Assembly: GCA_030691505.1 (NCBI GenBank)
Contig: JAUYEG010000091.1
Location: 34,552-98,551 of the forward strand
DNA length: 64,000 nucleotides
DNA from: Bacillota bacterium
Lineage (GTDB): Bacteria > Bacillota > Sulfobacillia > JAUYEG01
Direction: 5' to 3'
The notes under the pieces were generated by a model. It was given only the letters and a program-made list of their open reading frames with translations. It made no database searches and had not been told where the DNA came from. A program made the position numbers and the translations under genes. Shown piece by piece: positions 8,965 to 18,262 of the stretch; within the stretch, counting starts at the first letter, position 1, and every line of letters starts with the position of its first letter.

Positions 8965-10068
8965 CTACTTCACATCCTCAAACCGCCCCGCCAGCCGCTT
9001 GGTGACCTCGGGCAGGGTGGTGTACTCCATGTCCTCGAGCGGCAGCCGGTGGGGCTCGAACGGTCCCATGCTCCGCAGGTAGTCCGCAACCTCGTTGGCA
9101 AGCTGCCGGGCCCGGTCAAAGGCCACATCGGCGAAGAAGTCCTGCGGGCCGATCAGCTTGCCTTGCGCAAGCTGAAACCCGAGGCCCACAACGCGCGGCG
9201 GCCCGTCAAACCGGCTCGGGGTCGCGCCCTCCACGCTGCACGGCATGAGCGGCCCATGGTGCGAGCCGCGCATCCAGCCGGCCACCAGATGCGGCCGGGA
9301 GAAGGGCTCAAGGACCTCGCCGACCGCGGGAAGCCCGCTCTGGCAGCGCACAATCAGCACCGGGTCGTCCTTGCCGACGTACTTGCCGGCGATGTGCGAC
9401 AGGCGCTGGGTGCTGGATGCGGCGGCGATCATCCCCGACTCGCGCGCCCATATGGTGCGGATGCAGTAGCGGCCCGGCGCCCCGATAAAGACGAGCATGT
9501 CGTACAGTTCCTCGGGGCAATTGAAGATGATCCGCTTATGGTCACGCAGGTCGAGCACCTCGAAGCGGAAACCGGCGTGCACGCGCGGGTCGATAACCAG
9601 GCCGGCGGTGTTGAACGGGTCGGCGAAGATCTTGTACAGGGGCAGGTTCCAGGCGCCCGGACTGGTCTTGTCGGCCATGAACACGATCACCGGCTCGCTG
9701 GTCCGCTCCGCGAACTCCATCTCGGCCACGCCCGGTCCCATACCCTTGACGTTGCCGGAAAACGCGTCGGCAAGCAGGTCCTGGCCGGCGCCGTAGAGCT
9801 TGAGCCGCCGGGCTTCCTCGGTGCAACTGACAAATGTGTCCCAGCTGAGCTTGTGGATGCTGTCGTCGTCGACCCCCCGCCGGTGGGTCATGACCAGGTT
9901 GATGTCGTCGCCGACGTGGGTGACGTGGGCGTCTACCAGCAGGCCGTTTTCCTTGGCCTGGGCCATGCAGGACGCGGCGCGCGCGAGCAGGGCCGGGTGG
10001 ACGCTCGAATGACCGACGAATCCGCCGACGTCGGCCTTGATAACGCTGAGGGTGATCTTTTCGGCCAA
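8965..10068 (-). CDS. fbp: Fructose-1,6-bisphosphate aldolase/phosphatase (class V FBPase)
   Basis: AEKITLSVIKADVGGFVGHSSVHP...DDINLVMTH...GPGAWNLPLYKIFADPFNTAGLVIDP is the hallmark sequence of the bifunctional FBP aldolase/phosphatase. TTG start with GGGAGGAG 7 nt upstream. The rest of the 892-aa track ORF is antisense to the next gene. Confidence 0.93.
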   Translation of the reverse strand: MAEKITLSVIKADVGGFVGHSSVHPALLARAASCMAQAKENGLLVDAHVTHVGDDINLVMTHRRGVDDDSIHKLSWDTFVSCTEEARRLKLYGAGQDLLADAFSGNVKGMGPGVAEMEFAERTSEPVIVFMADKTSPGAWNLPLYKIFADPFNTAGLVIDPRVHAGFRFEVLDLRDHKRIIFNCPEELYDMLVFIGAPGRYCIRTIWARESGMIAAASSTQRLSHIAGKYVGKDDPVLIVRCQSGLPAVGEVLEPFSRPHLVAGWMRGSHHGPLMPCSVEGATPSRFDGPPRVVGLGFQLAQGKLIGPQDFFADVAFDRARQLANEVADYLRSMGPFEPHRLPLEDMEYTTLPEVTKRLAGRFEDVK

Positions 10069-10506
10069 GTGCAGTCTCCTCCCGGGTGGGCCACATGATA
10101 AACGGGGGAAGGCAGCTTCCCCGGGCTTAGTCTTTCGCCCGGCCGCCAGGCTTTCCCTCTCCGGCGGAGCCGCCCCGTTCGTGCTTATCGTATGGCCGCG
10201 AAGCCAAGGGCATGCCCGCGCAACTTCGCCGGCGAGCCAGGCGGGGGTGGCAGGTGCTGCACGACAGTCAACCTCTACGACCGCATCTACGCCATGCGCG
10301 GCGACCGCGTCGAGGCCATCTGGAGGGTAGCCGCCCGCGGGCGGTCGGATTAGAGGGCGTCTGGCACGGCTCCGCAGGCAGGAATGACCGTCCGGGAGGC
10401 ATAAGAGACGTAAAACGCCCGCCGGGTGCATCGTCCCGATTCCAGCCAGTTGTTTTGCTCGCAAATGGTTTACGAAAGGTGGTCGGATACGCCAGTGGTG
10501 CAGCCA

Positions 10507-11652
10507 ATGGAGGTGCTGGCCCATCTTCGCCGGCATCAGGACGACATGGTGGAGTTGCTGGGCCGGATTGTCGAGCTTGAGTCGCCGTCCCTGGAAAAGG
10601 CCGCCACCGACAAGCTGGTTGACTTCCTCGCCGGACAGCTGGCGGCCCTCGGCTGCGAGGTTGAGCGGGTGGGCCAAACCGCATTCGGCGACCATCTCGT
10701 GGCACGCTGGTGGCCCGCCGCGGCGGGATCGGCCCCGGTCGGGCAGGTGCTGATTCTGTGCCACATCGACACGGTGTGGGCGACCGGCGAGACGGCGCGC
10801 CGCCCGTTCCGCGTCGAGGACGGCAAGGTCTATGGTCCTGGGGCGGAGGACATGAAGGGCGGAGTGGTCCAGGCGCTGGCGGCCATCCGGGCCATGCTCG
10901 ACCTTGGCCTTGCGCCGAGAAAGCGCGTCGTGCTGGTCTTTAACACCGATGAGGAGGTCGGCAGCCCCACTTCGCGCGCAGTCATCGAGCGCGAGGCGCT
11001 CCGTAGCGCCGCCGTGTTTGTTCTGGAGCCGCCGGTCGGCACGGCCGGCAAGATCAAGACATTCCGCAAGGGCGGCGGCGGGTTTGAGGTCACCGTCAAG
11101 GGCCGCGCGGCCCACGCCGGCGCAGACCACCAGCACGGTGTCAATGCGATCGAGGAACTCGCGCACCAGATCCTGCGCATCCAGGCCCTGACCGACTACA
11201 CTACCGGGACCACGCTCAACGTCGGCACGGTCGAGGGCGGCACCCGGCGCAACGTCGTGCCCGCCGAGGCGAAGGCGGGCGTGGATGTTCGGGTTTCCAC
11301 CGCGGAGGAAGGCCAGCGGGTGCTCAAAGCCATGCTGGGTCTCAAGCCCGTCAACCCCGCGGCGGAGGTCACGGTGACCGGAGGCCTCAACCGGCCGCCG
11401 ATGGAGCGCACGGACAAGATTGTCGCGATGTTCCGCAAAGCACAGCAGCTTGCCGCGGAGCTCGGCCTGGCCATCGACGAAACCGGGACGGGCGGCGGGA
11501 GCGACGGCAACTTCACCGCGGCGCTCGGAGTGCCCACGCTGGATGGCCTGGGTGCCGTGGGCGAGGGCGGGCACGCGCAGGGCGAGTACGCCATCGTGAG
11601 CCACATGCCGGAGCGGGCGGCCCTGCTGGTGCGGCTGCTTCAATCCATCTAG
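10507..11652 (+). CDS. M20-family metallopeptidase (carboxypeptidase G2-like)
   Basis: LCHIDTVW, GPGAEDMKGG and FNTDEEVGS metal-ligand motifs of M20/M25/M40 peptidases. The start is ambiguous (ATG 10507 or GTG 10495). Confidence 0.85.
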   Translation: MEVLAHLRRHQDDMVELLGRIVELESPSLEKAATDKLVDFLAGQLAALGCEVERVGQTAFGDHLVARWWPAAAGSAPVGQVLILCHIDTVWATGETARRPFRVEDGKVYGPGAEDMKGGVVQALAAIRAMLDLGLAPRKRVVLVFNTDEEVGSPTSRAVIEREALRSAAVFVLEPPVGTAGKIKTFRKGGGGFEVTVKGRAAHAGADHQHGVNAIEELAHQILRIQALTDYTTGTTLNVGTVEGGTRRNVVPAEAKAGVDVRVSTAEEGQRVLKAMLGLKPVNPAAEVTVTGGLNRPPMERTDKIVAMFRKAQQLAAELGLAIDETGTGGGSDGNFTAALGVPTLDGLGAVGEGGHAQGEYAIVSHMPERAALLVRLLQSI

Positions 11653-11740
11653 CTAGATTCGTCGATTTCGCGTCCGATCTTTAGTCGGGGTCCAATCGAT
11701 CGCCGGCTGCCTTGCCGGCGGGCGGTAAGGGGGTGACGGG

Positions 11741-11848
11741 ATGGCCGTCTGGAAATGCGGGACTTGCGGGTACGAGAAGGATTCGCGCTGCAAGCCGGGC
11801 AAATGCCCCGAGTGCCAGAGCAAGGGCAGCTTTACCAAGAAGGAGTAG
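11741..11848 (+). CDS. 35-aa rubredoxin-like zinc-ribbon protein (below the ORF-track cutoff)
   Basis: MAVWKCGTCGYEKDSRCKPGKCPECQSKGSFTKKE carries two CxxC knuckles. GGGGGTG lies 5 nt upstream of the ATG. Confidence 0.55.
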   Translation: MAVWKCGTCGYEKDSRCKPGKCPECQSKGSFTKKE

Positions 11849-11943
11849 CACGCCGGTCGGGTTCGGTCGGGCCGGTCGGGAAATCCCGGCCAGACAAGAA
11901 GCTCTTATATAAGGACCGTCGAACCACCGACACTATCTGAGAA

Positions 11944-11972
11944 GGTACAATAAGAATTGCATTATGTATAGT
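11944..11972 (+). promoter_or_regulatory. Candidate sigma-A promoter of the flagellar operon leader
   Basis: GGTACA-N17-TATAGT in the only AT-rich stretch of the region. It would place the TSS a few nt before the riboswitch. Confidence 0.35.
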
Positions 11973-11975
11973 CGG

Positions 11976-12064
11976 GACTCCCGACAAAGGCAAACCCATC
12001 GCGAGGTGGGGACGCAAAGCCAGGGGTCTGGCCCTGCCAGATAGCCCGGTTGCCGAAGGAGACT
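11976..12064 (+). promoter_or_regulatory. c-di-GMP-I (GEMM-I) riboswitch aptamer
   Basis: AAAGGCAAACC-CATC-GCGA-GGTGG-GGACGCAAAGCC reproduces the conserved GGCAAACC...GNRA tetraloop...GACGCAAAGCC core of GEMM-I (compare Vc2 GGCAAACCAUUCGAAAGAGUGGGACGCAAAGCC). A second hairpin TCTGGC-CCT-GCCAGA flanked by GGGG/CCC follows. Confidence 0.85.
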
Positions 12065-12097
12065 TTGCTTTTCCCGGGGGGCGCACGTCCCTCCAGG

Positions 12098-12140
12098 TCC
12101 TGTCTCCTGCGCGACCGCGGCAGGCGACAGGACTTTTCAG
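12098..12140 (+). terminator. Intrinsic terminator, the expression platform of the riboswitch
   Basis: GTCCTGTCTCCTGC-GCGACCGCG-GCAGGCGACAGGAC followed by TTTTCAGTT, ending 4 nt before the flgB SD. AGGAGAC at 12057-12063 can pair with GTCTCCT in the 5' arm as a potential antiterminator. Confidence 0.75.
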
Positions 12141-12158
12141 TTCTAGGAGGCGAGCTGC

Positions 12159-12596
12159 GTGGGAATCCGCGCCCAAGGGGCAATCGACGCCCTCGACCGC
12201 GCACTCGGAAGAGCGTCGCTCCGCGGTGAGCTGCTGGCCAACAACCTGGCCAACGTCAACACCCCGGGGTACAAGCGGCTGGACCTGGCCTTCGAGGACG
12301 TTCTGGCGTCCGCGTCCACATCCGGCACCGCGGGCGGGGCTGCGTCCCTAAGCTCAAACTCGCTTAACCCTGCCGTGACCAACGCGGCGCACATCGCCGG
12401 ACGGCAGGCCGCGTCCGCCGACCCCGAGGTGATCCGCGCCGCGGGCACCTCGCTGCGCAGCGACGGCAACAACGTTGACATAGAGTCCGAGATGGCCCTG
12501 CTTGCCGAGAACAGCCTCTACTATCAGGCCCTGGTCCGCGAGATGAACAACCGCCTGTCCGCGCTGCGGCTGGCGATCACCGAGGGGAGGCGCTAG
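12159..12596 (+). CDS. flgB: Flagellar basal-body rod protein FlgB
   Basis: LLANNLANVNTPGYKR motif. GTG start 8 nt after TAGGAGG. First gene of the cluster. Confidence 0.9.
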   Translation: MGIRAQGAIDALDRALGRASLRGELLANNLANVNTPGYKRLDLAFEDVLASASTSGTAGGAASLSSNSLNPAVTNAAHIAGRQAASADPEVIRAAGTSLRSDGNNVDIESEMALLAENSLYYQALVREMNNRLSALRLAITEGRR

Positions 12597-12599
12597 GCG

Positions 12600-13052
12600 A
12601 TGCGCATCTTCCACGCCCTTGAGGTGGCCGCCTCCGGGCTGACGTGCGAGCGGCTGCGCCTGGACGTCATCGCCAACAACCTGGCCAACGTCAACACGAC
12701 CCGTACCCCGGAAGGGGGGCCGTACGCCCGCCAGATGGCCGTCGTGGCGTCGCGGCCGGCTGACCAGGCCAGCGGGTTTGGTTCCAGTGGTTTCGGCGGC
12801 TCGACGGCGCCCGCGGTAGGCAACGGTGTGCGGGTGGTGGGAATAGCCCGCGACCTGACCCCTCCGGTGCTGAAATATGACCCTGCCCACCCGGACGCCG
12901 ACGCGTCGGGGTATGTCGCCCTTCCCAACGTCAATGTCGTGACCGAGATGGTTGACCTGATCAGCGCGACACGGGCCTATGAAGCCAACGTCACAGCCCT
13001 TAACGCAATCAAGCAGATGATGCTCAAGGCGCTCGAGATCGGTCGGGCATAG
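12600..13052 (+). CDS. flgC: Flagellar basal-body rod protein FlgC
   Basis: MRIFHALEVAASGLTCERLRLDVIANNLANVNTTRT... and C-terminal VNVVTEMVDLISATRAYEAN. Confidence 0.93.
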   Translation: MRIFHALEVAASGLTCERLRLDVIANNLANVNTTRTPEGGPYARQMAVVASRPADQASGFGSSGFGGSTAPAVGNGVRVVGIARDLTPPVLKYDPAHPDADASGYVALPNVNVVTEMVDLISATRAYEANVTALNAIKQMMLKALEIGRA

Positions 13053-13069
13053 CAGGAGGCAGGTACGAA

Positions 13070-13393
13070 GTGCGCATCAACCCCGTCGGGATCGCCGGCG
13101 TCTGGCAGCCGCCGCAACTGACGCCAAAAGGCGTCGGCGGCGCTCCCGCGCCGGCGGCTCCGGCGTCAGCGGGGCCGACCTTCCAAAATTCGCTGACCCA
13201 GGCGCTGCGGCAGGTCAACGAGCTGCAGCTGCAGGCCGAGGATCTCGCCCAGGCCCTTGCCGCGGGCCAGGCTCAGGACCTGCACCAGGTGATGCTGGCG
13301 GCCGAGAAGGCCAACCTCTCGCTGCAGTTCACGCTGCAGATCCGCAACAAGGTCATTGAGGCTTATCAGGAGATCATGCGCATCCAGGTCTAG
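13070..13393 (+). CDS. fliE: Flagellar hook-basal body complex protein FliE
   Basis: FQNSLTQALRQVNELQ...LHQVMLAAEKANLSLQFTLQIRNKVIEAYQEIMRIQV. Confidence 0.9.
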   Translation: MRINPVGIAGVWQPPQLTPKGVGGAPAPAAPASAGPTFQNSLTQALRQVNELQLQAEDLAQALAAGQAQDLHQVMLAAEKANLSLQFTLQIRNKVIEAYQEIMRIQV

Positions 13394-13445
13394 CCCCAGG
13401 TCGAGCCGGCAAAGAAACGCTCACAACCACGAGGAGGATGTGCGG

Positions 13446-14966
13446 GTGAAGGCAAGTGAGGCGCTAGCGCAGGCACAGGCCCTGTGGCGGGGCATGGACC
13501 CACGCCGCCGGACAGTGCTGGTCGCCGCATCGGTCACGGTGCTCGCCCTTCTTGCCGGCTGGACCTATCTCGCCGGCAAGCCCGAGTTCGTGGTGCTGTA
13601 CAACCGGCTTGAGGCGAGGGACGCGTCGTCGATCGTCAGCGTTTTGGAGGGCAAGGGCACAGCGTACCGCCTCGCCGACGGGGGAGCGACCATCCTCGTG
13701 CCCTCGCGCGACGTGCACGGCACCCGGCTGGCGCTGGCCGGCGAAGGGCTGCCGAGCCTCGGCTCGCCAGGCTTCGAGTTGCTCGAGGGCATCTCGATCG
13801 GGGCAACCGAATTTGAGCGGCGCGCGGCCTACGTGCGCGCCCTTTCCGGTGAACTGGCGCGGACCATCGGCCAGATCTCGGAGGTGGAATCGGCTCGGGT
13901 CCACGTCGTCCAGCCGGAACAGAGCCTGTTTCTGTCGCAGGCGCGCCCCACCACGGCCGCGGTCTTCATCAAGCACCGCCCCGGGGCCAAGCTGGACCCG
14001 GAGCAGGTGCGCGGCATCGTTCACCTCGTCGCCCGCAGCGTAGAGGGCCTGGGGCCGGAGTCGGTGACGGTTATCGACGAGGGCGGCAGGGTCCTTTCGT
14101 CCGCGGATTCGGCGTCGGCGTCGTCCGGCGCCGGCCGGGCGGCGGGCAACCTTGAGGCCAGCCGCCAAGCCTCCCTGGAGATGGAGAGCGGCCTCCAGCG
14201 GCTGCTGGAGCAGGTACTCGGGCCGGGCAACGTCGCCGCGCGGGTCGCCGCCGAGCTGTCCTTTGACGAGTCCGTGATCAACCGGCGCGTGTTTGAGCCG
14301 CCCGGAGACTCACAGGGGCTGGTCCGCAGCGTGCAGGAGCTGACCGAGTACTTCCGCGGCACCGACGGCGCGGACGGGGGCGTGGCCGGCACCCAGAGCA
14401 ACGTGCCGATCTACGGGTCCGGGTCTGCCGGCGGGACGGCCTCGGAGCGCGAGCGGACCGAGACGGTAAAGAACTTCGAGCTCAATGAGATCACCGAACA
14501 CACCGTCGTCGCCCCGGGGGCCATGAAGCGGCTGTCGGTCTCAGTCGTCGTAAACAAGGAGCTGGCCGCGGCAGACCTCCAGCGCCTTGAGAGGCTGGTC
14601 AGCGCGGCGGTCGGCAGCGACGCGGGGCGCAACGACCAGATCGTGGTCACGGGGATGCCCTTTAACACCGAGCTGGCTCAGACCGTTTTGGCCGACATGG
14701 CCGCGCAGCGCCGCAACCAGTTGATCGCCATCGGTTCGGGCGCCGGGCTGGCTCTTTTGATGGGCATTGTGCTGCTGCTGCGGTCGCGCCGCGCCGCCTC
14801 CCGCCGGGCCCGCCAGCAGCCGGTGCTGGTGGCTGAAGAGGTCGGTCCGCAACTGGCCGAGGCCGATATCGCGCGGATACGCACCCAGGACGAACTGGCG
14901 CGGCTGTTCAGGCAAAAGCCTCAGGCCGCCGCACAGGTCATACGCTCCTGGCTGGTTGAGGAGTGA
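13446..14966 (+). CDS. fliF: Flagellar MS-ring protein FliF
   Basis: N-terminal TM, YscJ/FliF-type periplasmic region (VLYNRLEARDASSIVSVLEGKG...), C-terminal TM and FliG-binding tail. GTG at 13446 lies 8 nt after GAGGAGG. Confidence 0.92.
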   Translation: MKASEALAQAQALWRGMDPRRRTVLVAASVTVLALLAGWTYLAGKPEFVVLYNRLEARDASSIVSVLEGKGTAYRLADGGATILVPSRDVHGTRLALAGEGLPSLGSPGFELLEGISIGATEFERRAAYVRALSGELARTIGQISEVESARVHVVQPEQSLFLSQARPTTAAVFIKHRPGAKLDPEQVRGIVHLVARSVEGLGPESVTVIDEGGRVLSSADSASASSGAGRAAGNLEASRQASLEMESGLQRLLEQVLGPGNVAARVAAELSFDESVINRRVFEPPGDSQGLVRSVQELTEYFRGTDGADGGVAGTQSNVPIYGSGSAGGTASERERTETVKNFELNEITEHTVVAPGAMKRLSVSVVVNKELAAADLQRLERLVSAAVGSDAGRNDQIVVTGMPFNTELAQTVLADMAAQRRNQLIAIGSGAGLALLMGIVLLLRSRRAASRRARQQPVLVAEEVGPQLAEADIARIRTQDELARLFRQKPQAAAQVIRSWLVEE

Positions 14967-16006
14967 ACGGCGCCGTGTCCCTGCAAATCAGACCCGCGCG
15001 TCGTCAGAACCTCAACGGCAGGCAGAAAGCCGCGGCGCTGCTCATCGCCCTCGGTTCCGACACCTCGGCGACAGTCTTCAGGCATTTGCAGCAGGACGAG
15101 ATCGAGCAGCTCACGCTGGAGATCGCGGCGACGCGCTCCGTGGACGTCGAGACCCGCAACAAGGTCCTGGAGGAGTTTCACCAGATGTGTGTCGCCCAAG
15201 AGTACCTGAGCCAAGGCGGCCTGGAATACGCCCGGCAGGTGCTGTACGAGGCACTCGGCCCCGAGCGCACCAAGACGATACTCAACCAGTTGACCTCGAC
15301 GCTGCAGGTGCGGCCGTTCGATTTCCTGCGCCGCACGGATGCCGCGCAACTCTTGAGCTTTATCCGTAACGAGCACCCGCAGACCATCGCGCTCATCCTC
15401 GCCTATCTCGAGCCGTCGCAGAGCGCCGTGGTTCTCGCGTCGCTGCCGCAGGACCTGCAGACCGAGGTCACCCGGCGCATCGCGGTCATGGACCGCACGT
15501 CGCCGGACGTCGTGCGCGAGGTCGAGCGGGTGCTGGAACGCAAGGTCGCCTCGGTGGCGTCGGAGGACTACACGGCCGCCGGCGGGCTTGACACGTGCGT
15601 CGCGATGCTCAACCGCGTCGACCGGGGGACCGAGAAGCAGATCATCGAGGCCCTGCTCGAGCAGGACCCCGAACTTGCGGAGGAGATCCGCAAGCGGATG
15701 TTTGTCTTCGAGGACCTCATCAATATCGACGACCGCTACATGCAGCGGGTGCTGCGCGACGTCGACCTCAACAAGGACCTCCCGCTGGCCCTCAAAGTCG
15801 CGTCGGAGGAAGTCACGGCAAAGATCCAGCGCAACCTGTCCAAGCGCGCGGTGGAGAACCTCGTCGAGGCGATCGAGTATCTCGGCCCGGTCCGGCTGCG
15901 CCAAGTCGAGGAAGCGCAGCAGAAGATCGTCAACCTCGTTCGCCGCCTGGAGGAAGAGGGCGAGATCGTGACGGCCCGCGGCAGCGGAGGCGAGCTCATT
16001 GTCTAG
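14963..16006 (+). CDS. fliG: Flagellar motor switch protein FliG
   Basis: GRQKAAALLIALGSD...EIEQLTLEIA...EHPQTIALILAYL...MFVFEDL. Confidence 0.93.
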   Translation: MNGAVSLQIRPARRQNLNGRQKAAALLIALGSDTSATVFRHLQQDEIEQLTLEIAATRSVDVETRNKVLEEFHQMCVAQEYLSQGGLEYARQVLYEALGPERTKTILNQLTSTLQVRPFDFLRRTDAAQLLSFIRNEHPQTIALILAYLEPSQSAVVLASLPQDLQTEVTRRIAVMDRTSPDVVREVERVLERKVASVASEDYTAAGGLDTCVAMLNRVDRGTEKQIIEALLEQDPELAEEIRKRMFVFEDLINIDDRYMQRVLRDVDLNKDLPLALKVASEEVTAKIQRNLSKRAVENLVEAIEYLGPVRLRQVEEAQQKIVNLVRRLEEEGEIVTARGSGGELIV

Positions 16007-16832
16007 AGTGGGCGGAAACCTCCTCAAGCCGAGCCTCTACCAGGCAGGCGGGCCCTGTCTGGTCAGCGGGCTGTTGCGATGCGATGGCTGGCGGCAGGCT
16101 GGGGCAGACGGTGCCTCTGGGCTCGGGACCCGGCCTGGCACCGGGTATGGCGCAGGCGCGGACGCCGGCATCGGAATGGATGCCGCAGCGGATGCCAATT
16201 TTGCTGCCGGAACCGAAATACGCGAGCAACTGCGGGCCGCGGCCGAGGCAGTCGAGGCCGCCGGGCGGCGGGCCGCCGAGATCGTCGCCGGTGCCGAGAG
16301 CCGCGCCGCCACGATTGCCGCCGACGCGGCCAGGCAGGCCGAGGAGCGGGCGCTCGGCGAGCTTCAGGACGAGATCGCCAGGACGCGCGAGCGGGCGGCC
16401 GCCGAGGCCGGGGAAATCGTTGCCGCGGCACGGGCCCAATCCCAGATGGCTCTGGCCGCCGTCGAGCGGGAGGCCATCGTGCTGGCGCTCGAGATCGCGC
16501 GCAAGGTCGTGGCGAGCGAACTGCAGGTTTCGCCCGAAGTGGTGCTGGCTGTGGCGGGAGAGGCTCTGGGCCGGCTTCCGAACGGAGTCGCCGTGGCGGC
16601 CCTGCGGGTCAGCCCGGAGGACCTGCAGCGGGCCCTGGCGGGCCGCGAGCGCCTCAAGAACATCTCCGGCGACCTGCGTGAACTCGAGGTGATTTCCCAT
16701 CCGCAGGTGGCGCGGGGTGGCTGCATCGTCGAAACTCCTGCCGGCGACGTCGACGCCCGCATCGAGACCAGGTTTGGGAAGCTCGAGCAGGCGCTGCTGC
16801 CGGACGCTGAGGACGGGGAGGGCGGAGCATGA
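15999..16832 (+). CDS. fliH: Flagellar assembly protein FliH
   Basis: Ala/Glu-rich coiled coil followed by the FliH C-terminal domain (ALEIARKVV...GGCIVETPAGDVDARIETRF). The 5' end is uncertain (TTG 15999 or GTG 16008). Confidence 0.8.
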   Translation: MSRVGGNLLKPSLYQAGGPCLVSGLLRCDGWRQAGADGASGLGTRPGTGYGAGADAGIGMDAAADANFAAGTEIREQLRAAAEAVEAAGRRAAEIVAGAESRAATIAADAARQAEERALGELQDEIARTRERAAAEAGEIVAAARAQSQMALAAVEREAIVLALEIARKVVASELQVSPEVVLAVAGEALGRLPNGVAVAALRVSPEDLQRALAGRERLKNISGDLRELEVISHPQVARGGCIVETPAGDVDARIETRFGKLEQALLPDAEDGEGGA

Positions 16833-18262
16833 GCGCGGAGATCAGCGTGGCCGTCTCGCCGGCCGAGGCCCTGCGCGCCGCAGGTTCGCGGTTGCGCGGC
16901 GCCGAGCCGCTAAGTATGCGCGGGCGCGTGTGCCAGGTTGTGGGGCTGACCGTGGGCGCTCATGGGCCCGCGTCGGCGATCGGGGAGCTATGCTATCTCG
17001 TGCCGCACCGTGCCAGGCCGGGGATTCCGGCCGAGGTCGTGGGTTTCCGCGACAACCTGACGCTGCTCATGCCATTTGGCGAGCTGCAGGGCGTAGGACC
17101 GGGATGCGAGGTCGTCGTGTCCGGGCACGGTTTCCGCGTCGGCGTGGGACAGGGTTTGCTTGGGCGGGTTCTCGATGGGCTGGGCCGGCCGATCGACGGG
17201 CAGGGTCCAGTCGTTGCTCAGGCGCGGCGCGCCACCAGGGCCGCGGCCCCGGACCCGCTGCAACGCCCCGTCATTGACGAGGCCCTGCCGGTGGGCGTGC
17301 GCGCCCTGGACGGCTTCCTTACCTGCGGCAAGGGCCAGCGCATGGGGATCTTCTCCGGCAGCGGGGTCGGCAAGAGCACGTTGCTCGGGATGGTGGCGCG
17401 CAACACCGCCGCCGACGTCAGCGTTATCGCCCTCGTTGGCGAACGCGGGCGCGAAGTGCGTGAGTTTCTCGACCGGGATCTGGGCCCGGCGGGTCTGGCC
17501 CGGTCGGTGGTTGTGGTCGCCACGTCCGATCAGCCGGCGTTGGTACGCATCCAGGCGGCATACACGGCGACGACGATCGCTGAGTTTTTCCGGGACCGCG
17601 GTGCGGACGTGGTGCTTCTGATGGACTCGATCACGCGTTTCGCCATGGCCCTCCGCGAAGTCGGCCTGGCCATCGGGGAGCCGCCGGCGACTCGCGGATA
17701 CACCCCCTCTGTCTTTGCCACGCTGCCCAAGCTGCTCGAACGTGCCGGGAGGGCTGCGGCAGGCTCCGTGACCGGCTTCTACACCGTCCTCATCGACGGC
17801 GATGACCTGACCGAGCCGGTCACCGATGCGATGCGCGGGCTCCTTGACGGTCATGTGCTCCTGAGCCGCGAACTCGCCGCCCGCGGGCAGTACCCCGCAG
17901 TCGATATCCTCGGCAGCGTGAGCCGCCTGATGCCGGCGATCACCGACCGGCAGCAGCAGGCCTCGGCGGCGCGGCTGCGCGCCATGCTCGCGGTGTACCG
18001 CGACGCTCAGGACCTCATCAGCGTCGGGGCCTACCGGCCGGGCAGCAACCCGGAGATCGACGCCGCGCGGGGCGCGGTGCCCCAGATTCTGGCCTTCCTG
18101 CGCCAGGACGTTGAAGAGGCCGCGGATTTCGCGGCCACCCGGGAGCGGCTGCTTGCCCTATCGATGTCTCAGGCCGAGCCTCACACTCAGCGGGGAGCCG
18201 CCAGCGCCGTGGCCCCGGGCCAGCTTGCCGCGGTCGCATCCACCACCGGAGGTCGGCTCTGA
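16829..18262 (+). CDS. fliI: Flagellum-specific ATP synthase FliI
   Basis: Walker A GSGVGKST, LLMDSITRFA, and the RGYTPSVF motif of T3SS ATPases. Confidence 0.95.
   Translation: MSAEISVAVSPAEALRAAGSRLRGAEPLSMRGRVCQVVGLTVGAHGPASAIGELCYLVPHRARPGIPAEVVGFRDNLTLLMPFGELQGVGPGCEVVVSGHGFRVGVGQGLLGRVLDGLGRPIDGQGPVVAQARRATRAAAPDPLQRPVIDEALPVGVRALDGFLTCGKGQRMGIFSGSGVGKSTLLGMVARNTAADVSVIALVGERGREVREFLDRDLGPAGLARSVVVVATSDQPALVRIQAAYTATTIAEFFRDRGADVVLLMDSITRFAMALREVGLAIGEPPATRGYTPSVFATLPKLLERAGRAAAGSVTGFYTVLIDGDDLTEPVTDAMRGLLDGHVLLSRELAARGQYPAVDILGSVSRLMPAITDRQQQASAARLRAMLAVYRDAQDLISVGAYRPGSNPEIDAARGAVPQILAFLRQDVEEAADFAATRERLLALSMSQAEPHTQRGAASAVAPGQLAAVASTTGGRL

Noticed and set aside
10362-10377. TGGCAC-N5-CGCA upstream of the M20 peptidase gene
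   Set aside because: It has the same spacing defect (GC element one nt too close) and lacks the TTGC core, so it is probably a chance match in GC-rich DNA.
8965-11643. 892-aa minus-strand ORF, the longest in the track
   Set aside because: Only its last 367 codons (8965-10068) encode a recognisable protein, FBP aldolase/phosphatase, with its own SD and TTG start. The upstream 525 codons are Arg/Gly/Ala-rich antisense shadow of the plus-strand M20 peptidase gene plus intergenic DNA. This is a typical high-GC artefact.
14921-16027. 368-aa minus-strand ORF
   Set aside because: It is antisense to fliG, which is unambiguous. The product is Leu/Arg/Asp-rich mirror sequence without an SD.
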